A DNA stretch of 17,658 bases. Origin: a virus (Duplodnaviria; Heunggongvirae; Uroviricota; Caudoviricetes). Numbering within the stretch: the stretch's first letter is position 1; each line of letters opens with the position of its first letter. A program made the translations under genes and the position numbers. Positions 6,091-13,233 of this stretch are shown piece by piece. The stretch lies in the IMG/VR virus record IMGVR_UViG_2671180727_000013, positions 1 to 17,658 of that record; one strand, given 5' to 3'. A model generated the notes under the pieces. It worked only from the letters and a program-made list of their open reading frames with translations. It ran no database searches and had not been told where the DNA came from.

Positions 6091-6139
6091 CAAATAAAAC
6101 GCGCCAGAAATGCAAACGAGAAGCTCTCTGGCGCGTTTT
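6091..6139 (-). terminator. intrinsic terminator after the acidic-protein gene
   Basis: Stem AAAACGCGCCAGA / TCTGGCGCGTTTT (6097..6139), flanked by A/T runs so it has a U-tail in both orientations; minus-strand tail GTTTTATTTG. Confidence 0.6.
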
Positions 6140-6143
6140 TGTG

Positions 6144-6174
6144 GTGCTGGGTATGTGATTGGCTTACCCAGCAC
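6144..6174. other. second tandem hairpin (10-bp perfect stem GTGCTGGGTA/TACCCAGCAC, 11-nt loop)
   Basis: Read directly; no U-tract, function unknown. Confidence 0.4.
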
Positions 6175-6214
6175 TATAAAGCTCTCTATGGGCTTTATTT
6201 TCAGTAGGGGAACG

Positions 6215-7024
6215 TCATCCAATAGTGTACTCCGCGACAAACTTCTTAACGATCGGTGATTCTTCGTTCAATGTTAGATTTCCACCGCCTCTAACGGCAA
6301 TTCCTGTCGCTGGAAATACAGCCATCATTTGCCCAGCCTGAGTTGACGCAGTGTTAAGCGGATACGGTTTTTCTGGATTGCTCATTAAAGCAATCTTAAT
6401 ACTATTACTTGTAGCCTTCTTTTCTGTGAGAAGGTGTCTCATGGAAATTACCGTGTAAACACTAATATCTGGACCTCCGCTAAACCAATTAAGAAGGTTT
6501 AATATCTTATCCTTTGCTTTGACAGGCGCGTTATCGTAAGCGTCTAAGAAAATATCTTTTTCTAAGCCCGCTTTATTGAAAAACGAATCATCTTTATCAC
6601 TTAAAGTAAAACGAGGACCTCTTGCAGTACGAGCTTTTTTATTTGTATTGCTATCATTTGACTGTTGAACTTTTAATTCATCATTAACCTCAACACACTC
6701 TTCAACCTCAATAAATCCCAATTGTTCTGGCTCGTTTTCGGCAGCTTCAACACTTTCAGCGTTAATTACGTTTATAGGCTCATGCGCTAACTCCAACTCA
6801 TTTAAAGCAGAGCTGAAATCACCTGCTTTTTCTTCATTGAACAGTTCTTCGGCAACATCATCAGAACTCATGGCTACGCCAGCATCTAGGCCGAGCAGCA
6901 GATCGTCAATATCATCAGTATTTTCAACCTGTGCAGCTTTTTTTACTGGTTCATCAAGTGATTGCAACATGGCTGTCAGCTCGTCCAGATCATCATTTGT
7001 CATTACATTTTCAACCGAACTCAT
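6215..7024 (-). CDS. hypothetical protein with strongly acidic N-terminal half (Asp/Glu-rich)
   Basis: 269 aa; AGGAG SD 8 nt upstream of the ATG; N-terminal ~120 aa dominated by D/E; no catalytic motif recognised. Confidence 0.55.
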   Translation of the reverse strand: MSSVENVMTNDDLDELTAMLQSLDEPVKKAAQVENTDDIDDLLLGLDAGVAMSSDDVAEELFNEEKAGDFSSALNELELAHEPINVINAESVEAAENEPEQLGFIEVEECVEVNDELKVQQSNDSNTNKKARTARGPRFTLSDKDDSFFNKAGLEKDIFLDAYDNAPVKAKDKILNLLNWFSGGPDISVYTVISMRHLLTEKKATSNSIKIALMSNPEKPYPLNTASTQAGQMMAVFPATGIAVRGGGNLTLNEESPIVKKFVAEYTIG

Positions 7025-7133
7025 GTAAGTCTCCTTCTGTTTGGTTACATTTGCGTTTCGATGGCTACATTTTGACTAAACCTATCAGGCGGAAAAGTAT
7101 TAAATACAGGCAGGAAATGATTGAAAGGCGACT

Positions 7134-7178
7134 GTTCTTTAAAAGAAAGCCTACTTTAAACTTTTTAAAGTAGGCTTT
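7134..7178 (-). terminator. intrinsic terminator immediately after the exonuclease gene
   Basis: ~15-bp stem (7146..7160 with 7164..7178) and 3-nt loop; T-runs on both sides (minus tail TCTTTTAAAG, plus tail TTTTGTTTT). Confidence 0.6.
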
Positions 7179-7182
7179 TGTT

Positions 7183-7740
7183 TTACACAATTTCAGAGGG
7201 TAATTTAAAAAATCCGTACTTATTACGTGCCTTAAAGAAGCATTGCATCATTAAGTTTGTGTCATATAAGGCACTATGTGCTTTGGCATGATCGTATATA
7301 AAGCCAAGAGAGAAGGCCAACTCTTCAAGGCGGGGACGTTTACCGTCTTCTGTGGCCCACAATCCCGATAACATAGTATCTATAACAGGAACTTCTGGCA
7401 GTCTTACTCCATACCCTGAAAACTCGTGTCGAATAAATGGTATATCAAATGCTTCGCCGTTATGAGCAACCCACACACTACATGCCCCCATATAAGCGCC
7501 AATTTCGCTGGCATGATTTGACAACAAAGGTTCAGCTGCGAGCTGTTCCAATGAAATGCCATGAACGGCTTGAGCTTTCGGATCTATGTTTCTGCGAGGG
7601 TTAAAACGCATCTCCAGACTATCAATATGTCTCTGTGTCTCCAGTTCATAGCGGGTAATTGCGATTTCAATAATTTTATGACCAGCAAGGAAATCCAGTC
7701 CCGTAGACTCGATATCGATGCCTGCAACAATCGTTGTCAT
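7183..7740 (-). CDS. DnaQ-like DEDDh 3'-5' exonuclease
   Basis: Exo I GIDIESTGL, Exo II HNGEAFDIPF, Exo III HSALYDT; AAGGAG SD; 185 aa. Confidence 0.8.
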   Translation of the reverse strand: MTTIVAGIDIESTGLDFLAGHKIIEIAITRYELETQRHIDSLEMRFNPRRNIDPKAQAVHGISLEQLAAEPLLSNHASEIGAYMGACSVWVAHNGEAFDIPFIRHEFSGYGVRLPEVPVIDTMLSGLWATEDGKRPRLEELAFSLGFIYDHAKAHSALYDTNLMMQCFFKARNKYGFFKLPSEIV

Positions 7741-7749
7741 CAGAACTCC

Positions 7750-8169
7750 TTACAACTTCTTAGCGCCCTTAAGTAGTGCGCTACGTACAAATTGAGCCGC
7801 TTTTTTCAAAGTTTCTTCACTGGTTTCACAGACAATCGGATCTTTCCACTTACCTGACACAGTGTTGAGAATATTGATTTGGTTGCTATCCAGACAAACA
7901 GAGATATAAAGCACCGTGCCACCAGCCAGCATCAAATGCATAGGAAACAGAGGCTTTTTACTGCCTTCACTGAACTGAGACATGGCGATGTTAATGGCTT
8001 CACCCACTTGTGTACCAACAAGCCCCTGCGCAGTTTCGAATATGGCACGAATAGCCAGACGAGCCTCTCGATCGCTCATAAGCGACCGGGAATGTTCGTC
8101 CGCTACACGAATCAAAGCCTCTGTTGTTTTCCGATCCAGTTCATCTTCAAGCAACATTTCACTAAACAT
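7750..8169 (-). CDS. hypothetical protein (139 aa)
   Basis: ATG with AAGGA SD 7 nt upstream; its stop overlaps the RBS of the exonuclease gene; no family recognised. Confidence 0.5.
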   Translation of the reverse strand: MFSEMLLEDELDRKTTEALIRVADEHSRSLMSDREARLAIRAIFETAQGLVGTQVGEAINIAMSQFSEGSKKPLFPMHLMLAGGTVLYISVCLDSNQINILNTVSGKWKDPIVCETSEETLKKAAQFVRSALLKGAKKL

Positions 8170-8230
8170 TTTTTATCCTTAACCCATTTTGAGAGTTTTA
8201 TTGTCGCAATGTCGAAGAGGCGAACAATTT

Positions 8231-8875
8231 CTAATGAACGGTCACTCGGCCACAGAACCGGTTTTCTATCTTTTCTACAGCGTTATCTAGCATTCTCATC
8301 ACTGATCTGGCTCTTGCTTCAACCGTGCGATATCGGTTGGAAACGACGAAGGTTTGCAGATCTCCCCTTTGCGGATGCAGGTGAATTTTTGTCAGTTCCC
8401 CGCACATCAACGCATCAATACGAGCGACATACAGACGGTCTAATGATGCTCGTTGTGACCGCAAGTAATCTCGCTCTGAGAGAGCGACCCCCGGGCGTAG
8501 GCCAGCAATGGCGTTAAAGTTTGAAATAGCAGTTTTGTGGCAAAACTTTTCGATATCGAGGGCTAACTCAATACACCGATCTTCATTTGTATGGCCGACC
8601 AAATCCAACGTGTAGGCCATAACATCAGCAGGTGTGCGATCGATAACAAAGCCTTCAACACCACGCGTAAGTAGCTCTATATGCTTTGCTATTTCCATTT
8701 GAATCTGAAGCCGCTCATATAGAGGCATAGAATCACCTACTCGAACACCGAGGCGGCTCATCAAACTTCCGACACCAGCATCCACGTAAGGGATTCCGTA
8801 ATGTTTGTCGATATATTTAGCCAGGGTTGTTTTCCCACTGCCCTGAGCACCAGTGATCCCAATCCGGTAATCCAT
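8231..8875 (-). CDS. P-loop nucleotide/nucleoside kinase-like protein
   Basis: Walker A GITGAQGSGKTT near the N-terminus (dephospho-CoA kinase / uridine kinase style); start overlaps the DHFR stop as TAATG; substrate not assignable. Confidence 0.5.
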   Translation of the reverse strand: MDYRIGITGAQGSGKTTLAKYIDKHYGIPYVDAGVGSLMSRLGVRVGDSMPLYERLQIQMEIAKHIELLTRGVEGFVIDRTPADVMAYTLDLVGHTNEDRCIELALDIEKFCHKTAISNFNAIAGLRPGVALSERDYLRSQRASLDRLYVARIDALMCGELTKIHLHPQRGDLQTFVVSNRYRTVEARARSVMRMLDNAVEKIENRFCGRVTVH

Positions 8876-9351
8876 TACGACCTTCTGTATACGATCTGCG
8901 AAAAGCCAGGCTCTTCCTCGCTGGCTCGTTGGGTATAAGCTGTTTCAACAGGCACAAAGCCTAAATTACGCATCATGCTTGCCGGGAAGAATGCATCGGC
9001 GTTTGGCACATCAACGCCGATGTGGGAGAGCCAAATCTCTTCAACATGCGGCATGAATAGCGAGTAAATTTGTTCCCCGCCAATCACCCACACAGGCTCT
9101 GGTAATCGCAACACATCATCCACACCAGCAGGGTAGAATCCATTTGGTACAAAGCCATGAGAGCGCGTCAAAACGAGGTTATGACGCTCTGGAAGAGGGC
9201 GTTTGAGACTTTCCATCGTTTTACGCCCCATAACGACAGTGGCGTTTTTGGTGAGTCTCTTAAATAGCTTCAGATCGGTAGAACAACGCCAGGGGAGTTC
9301 ATTCGCTATGCCGATCTCATAGTTACGGCCAACAGCAGCGATCATCTTCAT
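8875..9351 (-). CDS. folA: dihydrofolate reductase
   Basis: MKMIAAVGRNYEIGIANELPW...VVMGRKTMESL...RPLPERHNLVLTR...VWVIGGEQIY aligns with E. coli FolA motifs; 158 aa; ATGA overlap with upstream gene. Confidence 0.85.
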   Translation of the reverse strand: MKMIAAVGRNYEIGIANELPWRCSTDLKLFKRLTKNATVVMGRKTMESLKRPLPERHNLVLTRSHGFVPNGFYPAGVDDVLRLPEPVWVIGGEQIYSLFMPHVEEIWLSHIGVDVPNADAFFPASMMRNLGFVPVETAYTQRASEEEPGFSQIVYRRS

Positions 9352-9761
9352 TTGCTCACCTCATAGATGACCGGTCGATGGTGAGAGTCGGCTAAAGCGG
9401 CACGGAGTCGAGGATCGTGCACCAGCGCAGCGATAAGCAGATCGCCTTTATGCTCCGCTAATGTGCGCTTAATATGCTTCTCATAACTGGTGCCATTCGG
9501 TACGAGATGAAGCCAGTCATAATCAACGCCAAAATCTTTCAGCCATCGTTTAGTTGGCGCTTCAAGAGTTTCAGAGCGGCTACTGATAAGCACCACTTCA
9601 GCCCCTGAGCGAGCAAAACCACGCAACATACGGCTGGTGGGGAAAATGAGTTCATCACCGGCAATGAGCTGGCCTGCATCCGCGTCAGATACTGATTTAC
9701 GATGGCTGGCATTTGCCAGCACACCTTCAATTTCGCATAAGACATACATACCTCTTGCCAT
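9348..9761 (-). CDS. hypothetical protein, possibly HAD-like fold with Glu in place of the motif I Asp residues
   Basis: Start set at the ATG at 9761 (MARGMYVLCEIEGVL), 1 nt after the thymidylate synthase stop; hhhExEGvL then VVLISSRSE then K...GD pattern is reminiscent of HAD motifs I-IV. Weak. Confidence 0.3.
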   Translation of the reverse strand: MARGMYVLCEIEGVLANASHRKSVSDADAGQLIAGDELIFPTSRMLRGFARSGAEVVLISSRSETLEAPTKRWLKDFGVDYDWLHLVPNGTSYEKHIKRTLAEHKGDLLIAALVHDPRLRAALADSHHRPVIYEVSK

Positions 9762-9762
9762 A

Positions 9763-10866
9763 TCACACCGCCACTGGAACCTTGATCCACGATAGAGGGT
9801 CATAGCCAAGAATTAAAACCTCGTCCCATTTGAAATCATCCAACTCTGACCATTCATGAGGGAAAATAACGACCGGATCTGAATGCTCTGGAGCCTGTCG
9901 TTTCATTAGCTCACACACACCTTCCATGTGGTTGTTGTACAAATGCACGTCAAAGCCAAAATGCACAAATGCACCGGCCATGTGACCCGTAATCTTCGCG
10001 AGAAAATGAGTGAGAATGCCATAGCCAGCAATATTGAATGGCATACCAACAAAAGTGTCTACGCTACGCTGTACGAGGCAGGAGTTGAGGATGCGTTTGG
10101 GGATTCCAAGTTCATCCAGTTCAGCTTCAGTAACACTGCCGTCCATCTCCAGATCGTATAGCATCTTGGTGTAGATAGACTCGTAACCGAGGCGACTGTG
10201 TTGAAGACCAATGTCAGTTGCCATCGTTAAACGGGTTTCAAAATCCAGCTCACGACTCCACAAAGAGAAGACAAAGTGGCAAGGTGGCAGTTTCATATCC
10301 TCAAGCTCGCCTACGTTCCATGCGTTAAGCATGATGCGACGATCGGTAGGGTTCGTGCGCAGTGTATCGACAATACGCTGTAGCTGATCGATTTCACGGG
10401 ACAGCACTACGCGATCTTCACTGATACCCAGGTATCCCTCGACTTTGTACCCGCGTTCACGGAAAGTAGCGATCTTGCTCAGATATTCACTATGGCTCAC
10501 GATGCGGGTATCTTCCCATCGACGCCACTGCTTACCGTAAACCGGCCCCAAATCGCCATTCTCATCGGCCCATGCATCCCAAATCTTAACGCCGTTATCC
10601 TTGAGAAATTGGATGTTGCCCGTGCCTTTCAGATACCACTCAAGTTCGACAAGCAGTGGCTTAAGATTTACCGCCTTTCCAGAAATAAGCGGCACAGTCC
10701 CACCAGTAAGCATGTAGTAAGAGGGAACGTAGCAGGTGCTTAAAGTACCAGTGCCTGTGCGATCATCAGCCTGCACGCCGCTTTTAAGCACCGTCTCAAT
10801 AACTTTTGCATACGATGCGTTTGTTACCTGACCGTTCGTATGCTCACGATTCAAAAGGAGTGACAC
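9763..10866 (-). CDS. thyA: thymidylate synthase (ThyA-type) carrying two large insertions
   Basis: DRTGTGTLS, IWDAWADENGDLGPVYGKQWRRW, DRRIMLNAWN, LPPCH, QRSVDTFVGMPFNIAGY (Asn retained, so dUMP-specific), HLYNNHM. Start ambiguous: GTG at 10866 has GAGG 5 nt upstream; the track's GTG at 10893 has no SD. Confidence 0.85.
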   Translation of the reverse strand: MSLLLNREHTNGQVTNASYAKVIETVLKSGVQADDRTGTGTLSTCYVPSYYMLTGGTVPLISGKAVNLKPLLVELEWYLKGTGNIQFLKDNGVKIWDAWADENGDLGPVYGKQWRRWEDTRIVSHSEYLSKIATFRERGYKVEGYLGISEDRVVLSREIDQLQRIVDTLRTNPTDRRIMLNAWNVGELEDMKLPPCHFVFSLWSRELDFETRLTMATDIGLQHSRLGYESIYTKMLYDLEMDGSVTEAELDELGIPKRILNSCLVQRSVDTFVGMPFNIAGYGILTHFLAKITGHMAGAFVHFGFDVHLYNNHMEGVCELMKRQAPEHSDPVVIFPHEWSELDDFKWDEVLILGYDPLSWIKVPVAV

Positions 10867-10940
10867 AAAAACCTCACAAAGATAAGTAACCACTTATTCA
10901 TTGCGTGAGTTTACATTTATTGAGAGAACAAGACCAGACA

Positions 10941-10969
10941 GATAAAAAAATGGTGGCCATAGGCCACCA
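10941..10969 (-). terminator. intrinsic terminator after the 289-aa gene
   Basis: 8-bp stem TGGTGGCC/GGCCACCA with 3-nt loop, followed on the minus strand by TTTTTTTATC. Confidence 0.7.
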
Positions 10970-11037
10970 AAAACGAATAGTTGTTTCAGAAATTTAACGC
11001 GCCAACGCAATATACACAGATAGATAACTACCTACAA

Positions 11038-11907
11038 TTATTTTTTGATCATTCCGTACATTGCTGAGGCTTTAGCTTGCTCAACAAAGGAGGATAAATC
11101 GACATCACTATAGGTTGGAGACTTCAGAATCTTTCCATCGGAAATTCGAAAACCGATCATCTTATCGGTGCCATCAGCATGGCGGAATCCCAGGTCTGAA
11201 GAGTCGTATTTGCAGTTGGCCACAGCCTGGCGACGTTCCTCAACATCAGCAGGCCATAATTTTGTCATGTTAGACCGATGAATTTCGCCAACCAGCTCGA
11301 CTACATTGATACCGAGGAAATCAGCCAGTCGATAGGTCATCATGCACGCCACATAGATTTTGTTCATGACACGGCGCAGTTCCTGAATCAGCTCAGAATC
11401 CTTAACAGTCTTGTTCTCAAGTTTATCTGCCAGCTCTTCGAGCATACATGACGCCTCACGAGCTTCCTGAAATGGCATTGCCATATCATCGAAAACAGTG
11501 TTACCGGGCACAAAAATTGTCTGCATAAAGCGATCAATGCTCTGTTCCTGCGTGTAATAGGTCATGCCGGTAGAAATACCACCTTTGATGGCGACCATCG
11601 TACCAACACCAACGTATAAAAAGTCGGCCATTGCATCCAGCAGTTGCTCAATATCCCCATTCATTGCGGCTGGAATACCTTCCACTACAGCTTCTTCATG
11701 AATCAGGCTTGCACGGAGACGAAGCAGCTCTGGTGTCGGCATAACGCGTCTCGGATGCTGGAAGAGTTCATGAAACTGATCGACCATCTTGTAAATACTT
11801 TCAGTAGCTACACCATGACCTTCATGCAACTCATATGGTTCTGGCTTAAATCCAATGAGTCGATCGGTGGCAAGTTTCAGGTGGTCAGTCAGTTTGGTAA
11901 AGTTCAT
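11038..11907 (-). CDS. putative all-alpha NTP pyrophosphohydrolase (MazG / dimeric dUTPase-like), tentative
   Basis: 289 aa; two EE-x-x-E ... D-x-x-x-D/E acidic helix patterns (LIHEEAVVEG...DIEQLLDAMADFLYV; EAREASCMLEELADKLE). Assignment by motif impression only. Confidence 0.35.
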   Translation of the reverse strand: MNFTKLTDHLKLATDRLIGFKPEPYELHEGHGVATESIYKMVDQFHELFQHPRRVMPTPELLRLRASLIHEEAVVEGIPAAMNGDIEQLLDAMADFLYVGVGTMVAIKGGISTGMTYYTQEQSIDRFMQTIFVPGNTVFDDMAMPFQEAREASCMLEELADKLENKTVKDSELIQELRRVMNKIYVACMMTYRLADFLGINVVELVGEIHRSNMTKLWPADVEERRQAVANCKYDSSDLGFRHADGTDKMIGFRISDGKILKSPTYSDVDLSSFVEQAKASAMYGMIKK

Positions 11908-11942
11908 GCTAGTTTTGTTCCTTCTTAATTCTTGTGATCCAT

Positions 11943-11967
11943 TGTGGCCCAGCGTTGCCAGGCCACA
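11943..11967 (-). other. stem-loop in the nrdB to downstream-gene spacer (7-bp stem TGTGGCC/GGCCACA, 11-nt loop)
   Basis: Read directly; no U-tract, so probably not a terminator. Confidence 0.3.
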
Positions 11968-11984
11968 TAATGCTTTGTATCGGT

Positions 11985-13127
11985 TTACAGGTCAGCAAAC
12001 TGGCTTAGAGAAGCCTTATCCACGGTAGAATCGATCTGACCTACCAGATATGTGCTTTGCTCTGCCTCTTGTGGTGCAATTTGCAGTGTGTCGGTTAACA
12101 ACCACTTGTTCATCCAGACCAGCGGATCGGTGGTAACCTCTGGAAATAAAGCCTTCAGGCCAAGACGATTCATAGCCAGATTGGTGCGGTATTTTACATA
12201 GGTTTTGAGAATATCCGCGTTTAAACCAATCATCGAACCGTCTTTGAAGAGATAGTCTGCCCAGTTCATTTCTTGTTCGGCGACTGATTTCATGGTGTCG
12301 TAAATGACGTTTTCTTCATCAGCAGCAATCTCTTTCCACAATAAACCTTCGCGACCGGTACGCATGAAGCGGATCATGCGTTCAGTTCCTTCGCAATGCA
12401 GAGCTTCATCACGGGCAATAAAGCGCATAATTTTGGTGTTACCCTCAAGCAACTTCCGTTCGCCAAAGGCAAACGTACATGCAAAACTTACATAGAAACG
12501 GATCGCCTCAAGCGCATTAATGGACACCAACGTGCGGAAAAGCTGACGGTGCAAAGGGTATGGCTCCCAGCCATATTCATTTACGTACAGACGTTCAAAC
12601 TCCTTCTCACCTAACGACTGGCGCTCGCAGGTCATCCCATAAAGCCTGTCATATTCAGCAGAGATACTGATCGCTCGGTTGATGATTTCTTCATCCGTAA
12701 CAATACCGTCAAAAACAATGCTCGGATCGTCCACCATGCCACGAATAATGTGGGTGTAGCTGCGGCTATGGATAGTCTCAGAGAAAGACCACGTTTCAAC
12801 CCACGTTTCCAGTTCAGGAATAGAGATAAGCGGCAGCAGCGTTGCATTTGGACTACGTCCCTGAACTGAATCGAGTAACGTTTGATAACGGAGATTGCTC
12901 AGAAAAATGTGACGTTCGTGGTCCCGCAGCTTCGTGTTGAAGTCGATACGATCGCTCGAAATATCAACTTCTTCCGGCCGCCAGAAGAAAGACAATTGAC
13001 GTTCAATCAACTTTTCAAAATCACGGTATTTTTGCTGATCGTAACGTGCCACGTTGACAGATTGTCCGAGGAACATAGGCTCTTTGGTTGCATCATTAGC
13101 ACCCAAACGGAACGTTGAATATGACAT
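11985..13127 (-). CDS. nrdB: ribonucleotide reductase class Ia small (beta) subunit
   Basis: 380 aa; long stretches near-identical to E. coli NrdB as I recall it ([90 protein letters not shown]). Uninterrupted, no intron. Confidence 0.95.
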   Translation of the reverse strand: MSYSTFRLGANDATKEPMFLGQSVNVARYDQQKYRDFEKLIERQLSFFWRPEEVDISSDRIDFNTKLRDHERHIFLSNLRYQTLLDSVQGRSPNATLLPLISIPELETWVETWSFSETIHSRSYTHIIRGMVDDPSIVFDGIVTDEEIINRAISISAEYDRLYGMTCERQSLGEKEFERLYVNEYGWEPYPLHRQLFRTLVSINALEAIRFYVSFACTFAFGERKLLEGNTKIMRFIARDEALHCEGTERMIRFMRTGREGLLWKEIAADEENVIYDTMKSVAEQEMNWADYLFKDGSMIGLNADILKTYVKYRTNLAMNRLGLKALFPEVTTDPLVWMNKWLLTDTLQIAPQEAEQSTYLVGQIDSTVDKASLSQFADL

Positions 13128-13154
13128 GTGTTTTTCCTTTTTCTTTTTTGGTGC

Positions 13155-13177
13155 GTTTAAACAAGTTGTTATCTTAT
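13155..13177 (-). promoter_or_regulatory. conserved upstream cassette, copy 3 (minus strand ATAAGATAACAACTTGTTTAAAC), 27 nt upstream of the nrdB start, plus a partial extra TTGTTTAAAC copy at 13180..13189
   Basis: Third copy of the 23-nt element; lies between the nrdA terminator and the nrdB RBS, followed by the leader AAGGAAAAACAC ATG. Confidence 0.5.
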
Positions 13178-13195
13178 GTGTTTAAACAAGGCTTA

Positions 13196-13228
13196 CAAAT
13201 CAAAGAGAAGGTGGGGATATCCCCCACC
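13196..13228 (-). terminator. intrinsic terminator immediately after nrdA
   Basis: GC-rich hairpin GGTGGGG-ATATC-CCCACC (13210..13228) followed on the minus strand by TTCTCTTTGATTTG. Confidence 0.6.
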
Positions 13229-13233
13229 ATATG

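Noticed and set aside
6028-6240. Minus-strand ORF 6028..6240 (70 aa) spanning the spacer between the acidic-protein gene and the methyltransferase gene
   Set aside because: It runs straight through the two terminator hairpins and the methyltransferase ribosome-binding region; more likely non-coding.
7025-7145. Specific sigma70 -35/-10 promoter calls in the spacers upstream of the acidic-protein, methyltransferase and thymidylate synthase genes
   Set aside because: Several weak hexamer matches exist, but none has both elements with 16-18 bp spacing convincingly; not reported as features.
9539-9790. Minus-strand ORF 9539..9790 (83 aa) and similar alternative-frame ORFs such as 1409..1606, 2969..3199, 3841..4029, 12632..12847, 13785..13988, 13995..14306, 16441..16710, 17018..17290
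   Set aside because: They are embedded in other frames of stronger genes (HAD-like protein, membrane protein, RNase H, nrdB, nrdA, the 247-aa gene, ATPase lobe) and have low-complexity or implausible sequences.
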